NCBI GenBank assembly: GCA_963815115.1
Contig: CAWFFN010000005.1
Span: forward strand, 288,001-352,000
Length of the DNA: 64,000 nt
From: an uncultured delta proteobacterium
GTDB lineage: Bacteria > Desulfobacterota > Binatia > DP-6
Reading direction: 5' to 3'
Shown one piece after another: positions 36,045-45,290 of this stretch. The translations under genes and the position numbers were made by a program. Under the pieces are notes generated by a model. It worked only from the letters and a program-made list of their open reading frames with translations. It searched no databases and was not told the DNA's origin. Each line of letters starts with the position of its first letter. Position 1 is the stretch's first letter.

Positions 36045-39000
36045 TCATGGCTCGACGGGCGTCGACAGCGACGCCCGGGCGCGCGAGCCGGCGGCGTCCT
36101 GCACCCGCGAGGCGACGGACAGGATCGAGCCGGCTGGCGTGGGGTTCGTTACGCGCAGGACGAACGTGACGGTGCGGTGCGCTCCCTTCGACAGGGTGCC
36201 GAGCTGCCACAGGGCATCGCGCCCGGGGAAGCAGAGCCCGGGAAGCGTGCCGTTGTCCGACAGCGTGCCGCAGGCGGAGAATCCGCTGGGGACGGGCATG
36301 CGGAGCTCGACCTGGATCGAGTCGTCCATTCCCGTGTTGGTGACCGTCAGCTGGTAGGTCACCTGCTGGTTGGGCTTCGCAGGATCGGAATCTATCGCCA
36401 TGTCGAGCGCCAGCGGCGCCGTCGGTTCGACCAGGGTCACGGTGCTCGCGCTCGCGGCGGCGGAGCCGCTGGTGATCACCGCTCTCGCCGGCCGCACCAG
36501 CGGGTCGGCCGCGCCCAGATCGTCGACGCTCACGCGCACGGCGCGCTCGCCGACGTCGCCGGCGTCGAGGGTGCCCAGGTCCCACCTGATCGTGTCGCCG
36601 GAGGCCTTGCCGCCGCCGTCATCGATCACCGTCGTTCCCGGCGGCAGGGTCAGCACCAGCTCCGCGCCGAGCGCGGCGCCGGTACCGCGATTGCCGAAGC
36701 GGATCGTGTAGTCGAGCTCGTCGCCGGCCAGCACGGGGTCCGAATTCTCGATGAGGGCCACCATGAGCGGCGACGCGGCGACGGTATGGAAGATGGTGGC
36801 CACCCGGGCGCGGGCGCGCGATTCGGCCGCATCCTCGACCCGCGCGGCGGCCGGGAGAATCGTGCCGTTCGGCACGGTCGTGGCGTCGAAGATGGCTTGC
36901 ACCGTGCGACTCGTCCCCTTCTTCAGCGTGTCGAGCGTCCACAGCACGTCGCGTCCGGTGAAGCAGTTCCCGGGGGTCTCCGCGTTGTCGGACAGCCGGA
37001 CGCACCCGCCGCCCCCGACGCCGCCCGGAATGGGCATGGTGATCTTCACCTGGAATGCGTCGTCGGGACCGTGGTTCGTGACCGTCAGCTCGTAGGTGAC
37101 GAACTGTCCGGTGCTCAGCGGATCGGGATTGGCCACCATGACCAGCGAGAGCGGCGAGGACTGCACCATGGTGAGGACGCTCGCCGTCGCCGCCGCCGTG
37201 CTGCTCGTGACCGTGGCGCGCGCCGCCCGCACGAGCGGATCGGCCGCGCCGAGATCGTCGACCTTCACGCGCAGCAGACGCTCTCCCGTCTCGCCTGGAT
37301 CGAGGCTGCCCAGATCGAAGGCCACGGTGTCCGCGTCCGTCGTGCCGCCGCCGTCGTCGACGAGGGTGACTCCGGGCGGGAGGGTGACCGCGAGCTGCGT
37401 GTTCAGCAGGGCGGCCGTACCGCGGTTGCCGAAGCGGACCGCGTAGCGCAGCTCGTCGTCGATTCGCACCGGGTTGGCGCTGTCGGTGAGCGCGACCATG
37501 AGCGGGGCGAAGGCGGTGCCGTGATACGTCGTGCTCGCGGCGGTCCGTGCGCGCGACCCGCTCGCATCGGCGACCGCGGCGGTTGCCGTGAGAATCGTGC
37601 CGTCCGCCGCCGAGGAGAGCACGTCGTAGATGGCCTGCACGGTCCGGCTCGTGCCCGCCGGCAGCGTGTCGAACGTCCACAGCACGTCGCGTCCGGTGAA
37701 GCAGTTCCCGGGCGTCTCGGCGTCGTCGGAGAGCCGGACGCAGCCACCGGTGGCACCGTCGGGAATCGGCATGCGGAGCTTCACCTCGCTGGCATCCGTC
37801 CCGCCCCGATTCGTGACCGTCAGCTCGTAGGTGAGGAACTGGCTGGTGCCCGCGGGCTCGGGGCTCACGGTCATGACGAGCGCGAGCGGCTCGTCCTGGA
37901 TCGCGGTGACGGTGCTGGCACGCGCCGCGACGTTGCCGCTGGTGACCGCCGCACGCGTGACGCGCACCAGGGGGTCGTCCGATTTGAGATCGTCGACGCT
38001 GATGCGCAGGCGGCGCTCGCCGGTCTGGCCCGCGTTGAGGGCGTTGAGCGCCCACGTGACGGTGCCGCCGGCCACCGTCCCACCGCCGTCGTCCAGGACG
38101 GTGGCGCCGGCCGGCAGGGTGACGACCAGCTGCGCGTTCAGCAGCGCGGCCATGCCGCGGTTGCCGAAGCGGACGAGGTAGCCCAGGCCGTCGCCCAGGA
38201 GCACCGGGTCGGCGCTCTCGGTGAGCCCGACCGTCAGCGGTGCGTTGACCGTCGTGCGGAACGTGCTGCTCACGGCGGCCCGCGCCCGCGCGCCCGCCGC
38301 GTCCACGACGCGCGCCCCGGCCGAGAAGACCGTCCCGTCGTCCAGCGCGATGGGGTCGAAGATGGCCTGCACCGAGCGGCTCGATCCCTTTCGCAGTGTG
38401 CCGAGCGTCCACAGGATCTCGCGGCCGGTGAAGCAGTTGGCGGGCGTCTGCCCGTCGTCGGACAGGCGCACGCATCCGCCCGTGACACCCTCCGGGAGCG
38501 GCATGCGGAGCTGCACGTCGTCGGAGTCGGCCGTGCCGCGATTCGTGACGGTCAGCTCGTAGGTGATCATCTGGCTCGGATCGACGGGCTCGGGACCGGC
38601 GATCATCGTGAGGCCGAGCGGTGCGGCGGTCTGGACCAGCGTCACCGCGCCGGCGCGCGCCGCGGTGGCACCGCTGCTGACCGCCGCCCGCGTCACCCGC
38701 ACCAGCGGATCGGCCGCGCCGAGATCGTCGACGCTCACGCGCAGCCGGCGCTCCCCCGACTGCCCCGGATTGAGCGGCCCCAGGGCCCATGTGACGACGC
38801 CCGAAGCCTGCGTGCCGCCGCCCGTGTCGAGCACGGTGACGCCCGGCGGCAGCGTCACGGCGAGCTGCGAATTGAGCAGCGCATTGGCTCCCCGGTTGCC
38901 GAAGCGCGCCACGTACTCGAGGGTGTCGCCCGTCCGAACGGGATCGGCGTCCTCGGTGAACCCGAGGGTCAGGGGCGACGCCGGGACGACGATGGCGTTG

Positions 39001-40016
39001 GCCTGCGCGGTGGCCTGCGGACTGCCGGCCGCGTCGTCCGCGCGTGCGGTCGCCGCGATCGTCGTGCCGCTCGCGAGATTCGCGGCGGTGAGCACGGCCT
39101 GGAGGGTGCGGCTCGTCCCGACGGGGAGGCGGTCGAGCGTCCACAGGATGTCGCGGGTGACGAAGCAGCCGGTCGGAAGCTGTCCCTCTTCCGACAGCGA
39201 GACGCAGCTGCCGGTCCCGGTCGGGATCGGCATCCGCACCTGGACCTGGACCGCCTCGACGGGCCCGAGATTCGTCACCGTCGCCTGGTAGGTGAGCAGC
39301 CCGTTGGGAGCCACGGGGTCGGGGTTCGCCACCAGCACGAGCGCCAGGTTGGTCTTCGGCAGCGTGGTCGTGGTCGTGCTGGTGTGGCTCACCGTGGTCG
39401 ACGTCGTCGTCACCCTCGGCGAGGTCGTGGTCGTGGCGTTGAAGAGCGTGCTGGTGGTCGGAAACGACGGGGTCGTGGTCGACGTCGTCGTCACGGGAGC
39501 CGCGGTGGTCGTCGTCGGAGGGGTCGGAGTGCAGTCGGGCTCGCAGCCGTCTCCCGGCGCCACGTTCCCGTCGTCGCACCGCTCGCCGCCGCCGGCGTCG
39601 ACGAGGCCGTCACCGCACAGCGATCGGGCCGCGTCGATCCTCTTCTTCAGCTTCTTCGCCCGGAGCGTCCCCTGGAACTGGGAGCACCCCGGCAGGATCC
39701 GGCCCTGGAGCACCACCGTTCCGTCGAGCCCGCTGCACTGCTTCCACCGCGTGAGGACCTGGGTGATGCCCTTTCGATTCTCCTGCATGCGCCTGGGCGA
39801 GATCGGGTCGCACACGCCGTCCAGCGCCACCGACGGGCCGAGCTGGAGCGCCGTGCCGCTCCCGTTCGCTGCGATCGGGCCGCCGGTGATGAGGTAGCGG
39901 GCCGGGGGACACGGAGCCGGCTTCGGGCCCTTGCGGGCGAGGGCGGGCTCGGCCCCGGCGGCGAGGATGAAGCTGGCCAGGGCGGCGGTGGCGAACGCGG
40001 AGACGGTCGAGGGCAC
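36045..40016 (-). CDS. Large secreted protein: Cys-rich repeat, Thr linker, nine DUF11/Ig-like modules (1323 aa)
   Basis: GAAGGAG SD before GTG 40016; signal peptide; CGDG..D.G.ERCDDGN...GDGC; repeated PDPV....LTY.LTVTN.G modules. Confidence 0.85.
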   Translation of the reverse strand: MPSTVSAFATAALASFILAAGAEPALARKGPKPAPCPPARYLITGGPIAANGSGTALQLGPSVALDGVCDPISPRRMQENRKGITQVLTRWKQCSGLDGTVVLQGRILPGCSQFQGTLRAKKLKKRIDAARSLCGDGLVDAGGGERCDDGNVAPGDGCEPDCTPTPPTTTTAAPVTTTSTTTPSFPTTSTLFNATTTTSPRVTTTSTTVSHTSTTTTTLPKTNLALVLVANPDPVAPNGLLTYQATVTNLGPVEAVQVQVRMPIPTGTGSCVSLSEEGQLPTGCFVTRDILWTLDRLPVGTSRTLQAVLTAANLASGTTIAATARADDAAGSPQATAQANAIVVPASPLTLGFTEDADPVRTGDTLEYVARFGNRGANALLNSQLAVTLPPGVTVLDTGGGTQASGVVTWALGPLNPGQSGERRLRVSVDDLGAADPLVRVTRAAVSSGATAARAGAVTLVQTAAPLGLTMIAGPEPVDPSQMITYELTVTNRGTADSDDVQLRMPLPEGVTGGCVRLSDDGQTPANCFTGREILWTLGTLRKGSSRSVQAIFDPIALDDGTVFSAGARVVDAAGARARAAVSSTFRTTVNAPLTVGLTESADPVLLGDGLGYLVRFGNRGMAALLNAQLVVTLPAGATVLDDGGGTVAGGTVTWALNALNAGQTGERRLRISVDDLKSDDPLVRVTRAAVTSGNVAARASTVTAIQDEPLALVMTVSPEPAGTSQFLTYELTVTNRGGTDASEVKLRMPIPDGATGGCVRLSDDAETPGNCFTGRDVLWTFDTLPAGTSRTVQAIYDVLSSAADGTILTATAAVADASGSRARTAASTTYHGTAFAPLMVALTDSANPVRIDDELRYAVRFGNRGTAALLNTQLAVTLPPGVTLVDDGGGTTDADTVAFDLGSLDPGETGERLLRVKVDDLGAADPLVRAARATVTSSTAAATASVLTMVQSSPLSLVMVANPDPLSTGQFVTYELTVTNHGPDDAFQVKITMPIPGGVGGGGCVRLSDNAETPGNCFTGRDVLWTLDTLKKGTSRTVQAIFDATTVPNGTILPAAARVEDAAESRARARVATIFHTVAASPLMVALIENSDPVLAGDELDYTIRFGNRGTGAALGAELVLTLPPGTTVIDDGGGKASGDTIRWDLGTLDAGDVGERAVRVSVDDLGAADPLVRPARAVITSGSAAASASTVTLVEPTAPLALDMAIDSDPAKPNQQVTYQLTVTNTGMDDSIQVELRMPVPSGFSACGTLSDNGTLPGLCFPGRDALWQLGTLSKGAHRTVTFVLRVTNPTPAGSILSVASRVQDAAGSRARASLSTPVEP
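36050..39350 (-). repeat. Intragenic tandem repeat, about 730-740 bp period, about 4.5 units
   Basis: e.g. agcacgtcgcgtccggtgaagcagttcccggg near 36943 and 37681; homologous points near 36358, 37096, 37831, 38563, 39292. Confidence 0.85.
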
Positions 40017-40180
40017 GGGAACTCTCCTTCGTGATCGGGTGCGGAGCAGTGGGGCATCGTCGAGGCTCGCCGTGGCGGCGGTCGTCGATGGACACACGGA
40101 TGCGGCCCGGTGCAGGCGGCGACCGTACGCCGACGCGCCGCACGACGAGGTCGATGCGTGAGCGCGAAGCGGGGTCCGGC

Positions 40181-40258
40181 TCAGGTCGTGGGATCGGGCC
40201 AGCAGGCTGGGACCGCGCGATCGATGGGCGATCCTCTGCACCGCCGCGACATGGACAT
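40181..40258 (-). CDS. Putative 25-aa leader peptide MSMSRRCRGSPIDRAVPACWPDPTT
   Basis: GAAGGAG SD 6 nt upstream of the ATG, inside the leader of the DUF11 gene. Confidence 0.3.
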   Translation of the reverse strand: MSMSRRCRGSPIDRAVPACWPDPTT

Positions 40259-40314
40259 ATGGAGCTCCTTCAACGTGGGAAGGCCCTAGGATGAGGCCCA
40301 GCTAAGTTGTGGGT

Positions 40315-40344
40315 AGTGTAGTCAGGCAGACTGAACCCTGTCAA
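40315..40344 (-). promoter_or_regulatory. Sigma70 promoter TTGACA-N18-TACACT
   Basis: Near-consensus -35 and -10, oriented toward the DUF11 gene. Confidence 0.65.
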
Positions 40345-40420
40345 GGCGTTCTCGTCTGACGGGCGCCGGGCGTCATTTCGATCCGCTTGACAGCGGCCGC
40401 CGTGCGTCGGACGAGGACGC

Positions 40421-41221
40421 ATGTACGAGACGCTCGCCCTGCAGCGGGAGGGACATCTCACCTGGCTCACGCTCGACCGACCCGGGTCGCTGAACGCCAT
40501 GAGCACGACTCTGGTCCGCGAGCTGCGGCAGTTCTTCTGGGAGCTGCCCGACGACACGGAGACGCGCGTCCTCGTGGTGCGCGGCGCGGGCCGGGCGTTC
40601 TGCGCCGGGCTCGACCTGAAGGAGCAGCCGAGCGCGGAGGGCGCGGGCGGCGGCTCGGTCGCCGCCGGCCTGCGTGCGCAGCGTACCATCAGCGAGCTCG
40701 TCCTCCTGATGCGGCGCGCACCCCAGCCCATCATCGCCGCGGTACACGGTGCCGCCTGCGGCGGCGGTTTCGCGCTCGCGCTCGCCGCCGACGTGCGGAT
40801 CGCCGGCGAGTCGGCGCGCATGAACGCGGCCTTCATCCGCCTCGGGCTCAGCTCGTGCGACGTGGGCGTGAGCTATTTCCTGCCCCGCATCGTCGGCGCG
40901 TCGGTGGCGGCCGAGCTGCTCCTCACCGGCAACTTCATCGACGCCGCGCGCGCCGAGCGGGTCGGGCTGGTGTCGCGCGTCGTACCCGACGCCGGCCTCG
41001 AGGACGCCGCCCGCGTCCTGGCGCAGGAGATGCTCCGCAACTCCCCCCTCGGCCTCCGCCTCACCAAGGAATGCCTGAAGCTCAGCCTGGATGCCGGGAG
41101 CCTGGAGGAGGTAGTGGCGATGGAGGACCGCAACCAGATCCTCGCGGCCCGCGGCGCGGATTTCCGCGAGGGCGTGATGGCGTTCCTCGAGAAGCGCCCG
41201 GCCCGGTTCCGGGACGCGTGA
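40421..41221 (+). CDS. Crotonase/enoyl-CoA hydratase family
   Basis: GAGRAFCAGLDL, QPIIAAVHG, GGGFALALAAD, EGVMAFLEKR. Confidence 0.92.
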   Translation: MYETLALQREGHLTWLTLDRPGSLNAMSTTLVRELRQFFWELPDDTETRVLVVRGAGRAFCAGLDLKEQPSAEGAGGGSVAAGLRAQRTISELVLLMRRAPQPIIAAVHGAACGGGFALALAADVRIAGESARMNAAFIRLGLSSCDVGVSYFLPRIVGASVAAELLLTGNFIDAARAERVGLVSRVVPDAGLEDAARVLAQEMLRNSPLGLRLTKECLKLSLDAGSLEEVVAMEDRNQILAARGADFREGVMAFLEKRPARFRDA

Positions 41222-41250
41222 GGAGTGCGGGTGTGGCGGAGGCTCGCAGG

Positions 41251-41280
41251 TTGACGCTCTCCCCTGGCGGGCCCTAGGGT
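41251..41280 (+). promoter_or_regulatory. Putative sigma70 promoter TTGACG-N18-TAGGGT
   Basis: Upstream of the GGAGG SD and ATG 41349. Confidence 0.5.
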
Positions 41281-41348
41281 GCTCGCCGGCCGGGTACGTG
41301 TGATCGCGTCGCGGTACCTCCCGGCCGCTTCGGCGGAGGTGCAGATAG

Positions 41349-42530
41349 ATGGTCCAGCTTCGAGCGATGGTCTCGGCAACGTGCGACCGGCGGCGGGTGG
41401 TCTCGCCCCCACGGTTGATCATGGCGTTCCTGCTCCTGGCCGCGGGTCCGGCAGCCAACGCGCAGATCGCGGGCTCCGCGCCCGTCAACTGGGGTGACGA
41501 CCCGTCGACGGTGGCGCTCTGGACGTTCAACGGCAACGCCAGCAACGTCTCCAACTCCCGGACCTACTGCGCTGCGGGCGAGGCCGACCTGACGCGGTAC
41601 GCCGGGCAGAGCGGCGGGCTCAGCTTCGACTCCGGCAACCGGCGGGAGGGCAGCGCATCCGTGAGCCTCGACGGCAGTACGACGCTGGCTGCCCAGTCGT
41701 CGATCAACGATACCCGCTGTCTCCGCACGGGAAGCCCGAACCAGTGGACGATGACGTGGTGGATGCGCAACACCGCGCTCAACGCCAACACGTCGAGCCC
41801 GTTCCCCATGATCATCTTCAACCGTGACGAGGCCGCCAACGGGTCCGGCGCGCTCAACGGCTTCTACGTCACCTACATCAACGACGGCAGCAGCACGGAA
41901 GGCCGCACCTACGCCTGCACGCGGGCGAGCGGTGAGAACCGCGACACCTGCACCCCGTTCCTGGCCAACGCCTTCCCGCCGGGCAGCAGCTGGCACTTCG
42001 GTGCCGTCCAGTACACGGGCTCCGCGCTGCGCTACGCTCTCGAGGCCGCGCCGTTCACCAGCAGCGTGACGAATCGCGTCGGCAAGAACCCGGGAACCTA
42101 CCCGTTCCAGCTGTCCCACGTCGTCTCGCCGACCAACAAGAGCGGGGTGATCGGCAACGAGGACGAGGTCTGGTGGACCGCTGCCGTGCTCACCCAGCAG
42201 CAGATCTGTCGCGTGCGCAGCGTCGGAGTCCAGGGCAGCCTCGGGTGGTGTGCCCCGGACGGCTCGCACTGGATGGCCTGCGACGCCGACGCGGACTGCG
42301 GCGGATCGGGGCACGCGGGCGCGTGCAACGTCGCCTTCCCCGGCACGTTCCCCCAGGCCCGCAAGGGCACGTGCGTCGGTCATCTCGGCACCGGCGCGAG
42401 CGTGCCGACGGGGTGTCAGACGGTTGCCGATCTCGGACCCTGCAACGCGAATCTCACCGGGTCGGTCCCGCCGCCGCCTCCGAACTCTCCCCCGAGCCCG
42501 CCGAAGCTGCTCGACGTCCAGCCCAACTGA
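41349..42530 (+). CDS. Secreted LamG/concanavalin-A-like protein with Cys-rich and Pro-rich tail
   Basis: Signal-like segment; ALWTFNGN, SLDGS, WTMTWW, WHFGAVQY, GNEDEV...LTQQQI pattern. Confidence 0.65.
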   Translation: MVQLRAMVSATCDRRRVVSPPRLIMAFLLLAAGPAANAQIAGSAPVNWGDDPSTVALWTFNGNASNVSNSRTYCAAGEADLTRYAGQSGGLSFDSGNRREGSASVSLDGSTTLAAQSSINDTRCLRTGSPNQWTMTWWMRNTALNANTSSPFPMIIFNRDEAANGSGALNGFYVTYINDGSSTEGRTYACTRASGENRDTCTPFLANAFPPGSSWHFGAVQYTGSALRYALEAAPFTSSVTNRVGKNPGTYPFQLSHVVSPTNKSGVIGNEDEVWWTAAVLTQQQICRVRSVGVQGSLGWCAPDGSHWMACDADADCGGSGHAGACNVAFPGTFPQARKGTCVGHLGTGASVPTGCQTVADLGPCNANLTGSVPPPPPNSPPSPPKLLDVQPN

Positions 42531-42620
42531 CCCGGGCCGCCGTACGACGGCTTCGCGCCGTGGAGCACGGACTCGAGGAGAGGGATCGCCAATGCTCGCG
42601 AGACGTGGCACGCTTTCCCC

Positions 42621-43034
42621 ATGCCAGACTACAGCCTCTTCGGTGACGAGCACGTGCGGCAATACGAGGCGACCGGCGGCAAGGTCGGTCACGACTGGAA
42701 CGACGCGAGCGTTCTCATCCTGCACACCACCGGTCGGAAGTCCGGCGAGACACGCAAGTTGCCGCTGATCTACGGACGCGACGGCAAAGACTACCTGGTG
42801 GTCGCATCGAAGGGTGGCGCACCGACGAACCCGGGCTGGTACCTGAACCTGCGGGCGCATCCCGACGTGGAGATCCAGGTGCGCGACAAGGTGATCCCCG
42901 TCGCCGCGCGGACCGCCACGCCCCAGGAGAAGGCGCGCGTGTGGCCGATCATGACGGCGCAGTGGCCGGCGTATGACGACTACCAGACCAAGACCGCGCG
43001 CGACATTCCGGTGGTGATCCTCACCCCCCGGTGA
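42621..43034 (+). CDS. Deazaflavin (F420)-dependent nitroreductase family (Ddn-like)
   Basis: LHTTGRKSG, VVASKGG...PGWYLNL.AHP, YDDYQTKTARDIPVV. Confidence 0.93.
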   Translation: MPDYSLFGDEHVRQYEATGGKVGHDWNDASVLILHTTGRKSGETRKLPLIYGRDGKDYLVVASKGGAPTNPGWYLNLRAHPDVEIQVRDKVIPVAARTATPQEKARVWPIMTAQWPAYDDYQTKTARDIPVVILTPR

Positions 43035-43133
43035 TCGACGGCGCGAAACACGTCAGAGCCGTAGCTTTCCCGCCCATCTCGGCGAGCCCTGACGGGAGGC
43101 GCGCGCCGGGCGAATCTGGTAGGCCGTGTCGTC

Positions 43134-43277
43134 ATGCGCCTCACCGGCGTCGCGACCTACCATCGCACCGTCCGCGCCTCGCTCGCCCGCGTGCGCGAGA
43201 ACGTCCTCGACTGGGAGCACCTGCCCGGCCGCAACCTCGACGGCCGCGCGCTGCGCCTCGAGACCGGCAGCGGCTAG
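43134..43277 (+). pseudogene. 47-codon remnant of a Rieske-oxygenase-like gene (apparent internal deletion)
   Basis: Translates to MRLTGVATYHRTVRASLARVRENVLDWEHLPGRNLDGRALRLETGSG; EN..D..H motif cut before the second His. Confidence 0.55.
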
Positions 43278-43444
43278 CCTCGCGGGATCCCCACGACCGG
43301 CAGCGCGCCGAGCGCGACGCACCGGCGGCCCGGTGCTCCTCCGATCCACGCGCAGGCAGCTCGTTCGCGTTGCCGCGAGCCTGCCGGGTGCGCTACTGCC
43401 GCTCTCGAGATGCCCCGACCGTGGCCAGCGGAGGAACGACACGC

Positions 43445-44224
43445 ATGAAGGCCCGCACGACGCGCTCCCCGCACGCCCGCTACACGCCGGCGGGCGAGGA
43501 CGGCATCGGCCACGTGGAGCTCACCCGATCCGAGAAGCTCAACGCCACCGACGATCAGTCGGTCGACGACCTCGATCGCGCCGTGACGCTCGCCAGGCGC
43601 GACGCGAAGGCGCGCGCGATCGTCGTCGCCGGCCGCGGGCGCGCGTTCTGCGCGGGCATCGACCTTGCGGCGCTCGCCGGCGATCGCCTCGGCGCCGACT
43701 GGTTCCGGCGCTGGGACGTCGCCCTCGCCAAGCTGGAGGCGATCCCGGTTCCGACGGTCGCGGCGATCCAGGGGCCGTGCCTCGGGGGCGGGCTCCAGGT
43801 CGCGCTCTGCTGCGATCTGAGTGTCGCCAGCGAGGATGCGACCTTCGGCCTGTCGGCCGTCCGGCACGGCATCATCCCGGGTCTCGCCACCTACCGCCTG
43901 CCGCGCCAGATCGGGATGGGCGCCGCGCGCGAGCTGATGCTCCTGGGCGAGACGTGGAACGCCGCCCGGGCGCTGCGGCAGGGCCTCGTGAACCAGGTCG
44001 TTCCCCCGGATCGGCTGAAGGCGACGGCGCTCGAGCTGGCGCGCAAGCTCGCCGGCAACGTGCGCGCCGCGAGCATCGCCACCAAGCGGCTCGCGCTCGC
44101 GTCGTACGACGTCTCGCTCGATCGCTTCCTCGAGGAGTACGTGCGGGCCCAGCGGCGATGCTGGAACGACCGCGAGACGAAGGCGAACCTCGCCCGCTAT
44201 CGTGCCGGGCGCTGGGGCAACTAG
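43445..44224 (+). CDS. Crotonase-fold protein lacking both catalytic Glu
   Basis: GRGRAFCAGIDL, GGGLQVALCCD, FGLSAVRHGIIP; GGAGG SD. Confidence 0.88.
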   Translation: MKARTTRSPHARYTPAGEDGIGHVELTRSEKLNATDDQSVDDLDRAVTLARRDAKARAIVVAGRGRAFCAGIDLAALAGDRLGADWFRRWDVALAKLEAIPVPTVAAIQGPCLGGGLQVALCCDLSVASEDATFGLSAVRHGIIPGLATYRLPRQIGMGAARELMLLGETWNAARALRQGLVNQVVPPDRLKATALELARKLAGNVRAASIATKRLALASYDVSLDRFLEEYVRAQRRCWNDRETKANLARYRAGRWGN

Positions 44225-44280
44225 ACCACGGCGCCTTGCGCTTTGCAGACGCGACGGGCGGCGGCTAGGACGTTGGCCGC

Positions 44281-45276
44281 ATGACGTCCCCGCCGGCGCT
44301 GCGGGTCACCGCCGACGACGCCGAATATCGGCGGATGGCGGCGGCAGAAGCCGAGTACTGGAGCGGCCCCGTGCCGTACGCGCTGGAGGCGATCGAGGAG
44401 CGCTTCGCCGACGGTCCGGTCGACCGCTACACGAACGCGCGCTTCACGGGCGACCGCAACGTCGGCTGGCACCGGACGATCGCGCGGCACGGCCCGTTCC
44501 GGCGCGGCCTCGTGCTCGGTCTCTCGGCGCTGCGGGTGGAGGGCGAGATCCTGGAGACGAACCCGGGCCTCCACCTCACCTTCATGGACATCAGCCCGGG
44601 CTCGCTCGCGCGCCGCGCCGAGATCCTCGGCGCCCGGTTTCCGGGCCGCGTCGAGACCATCCGTGCCGACCTGAACTTCGCCGAGCTCCCGCGCGACGCC
44701 TACGATCTCGTGGTGTCGTCGGCCTCGCTCCACCACGTGACCAATCTCGAGCACCTCGCGTGGCAGATCGACGCCACGCTCGCCCCCGACGGATGGTTCT
44801 TCCTGAGCGACTACGTCGGCGAGCCGCGCTTCCAGTTCGCTCCGGCGAAGAAGCGCGTCTTCGAGCTGGTGCACGACCGCGAGATCGCCCGGATGCGCAA
44901 TCGCCGGCCGGGATGTCTCTGGATGGACGCCAGCGACCTGAGTCCGTTCTGTGGCGTCCGCTCGGACGAGGTCCTGCCGGTGCTGCGCGCACACCTCGCC
45001 GAGGTCGAGGTGCGGACGGCGGCGGCGCTCACCGTCGCCCTGCTGCGGTCGAGGCCTGCCGACGGCGCGACCGGCAAGCCGCCCGGGATCGGCCGCCGCG
45101 CCACCGATGGGCTCGTGCGCGCAGCGCTCGGTCTCTGCGGCAAGCTGCCGCCGGTGCGCGTGCCGATCTCGAAGCGCCTGCTGCGGGAGCTGCTCTTCGC
45201 GGGCGACCTCCTCACCGACGCCGGACTCCTGCTGCCGGGCACGGCATTCGCCACCTACCGCAAGCGCCGGCGGTGA
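44281..45276 (+). CDS. Class I SAM-dependent methyltransferase-like protein
   Basis: MDIS, ADLN, YDLVVSSASLHHV, L.PDG, DYVG; motif I degenerate. Confidence 0.72.
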   Translation: MTSPPALRVTADDAEYRRMAAAEAEYWSGPVPYALEAIEERFADGPVDRYTNARFTGDRNVGWHRTIARHGPFRRGLVLGLSALRVEGEILETNPGLHLTFMDISPGSLARRAEILGARFPGRVETIRADLNFAELPRDAYDLVVSSASLHHVTNLEHLAWQIDATLAPDGWFFLSDYVGEPRFQFAPAKKRVFELVHDREIARMRNRRPGCLWMDASDLSPFCGVRSDEVLPVLRAHLAEVEVRTAAALTVALLRSRPADGATGKPPGIGRRATDGLVRAALGLCGKLPPVRVPISKRLLRELLFAGDLLTDAGLLLPGTAFATYRKRRR

Positions 45277-45290
45277 CGTAGCCTGTGCGA

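Noticed and set aside
36050-39350. Recurring 25-35 bp near-identical segments resembling CRISPR repeats
   Set aside because: About 735-bp period, in-frame within a CDS, intervening sequence also homologous, no cas genes
39355-39530. Low-complexity gtc/gtg triplet tract as a possible contingency microsatellite
   Set aside because: Encodes a Thr-rich linker with mixed codons; not a perfect repeat
36177-40034. 1285-aa plus-strand and 986-aa alternate minus-strand repetitive ORFs
   Set aside because: Their periodicity simply mirrors the DUF11 gene, which has the SD, signal peptide and domain motifs
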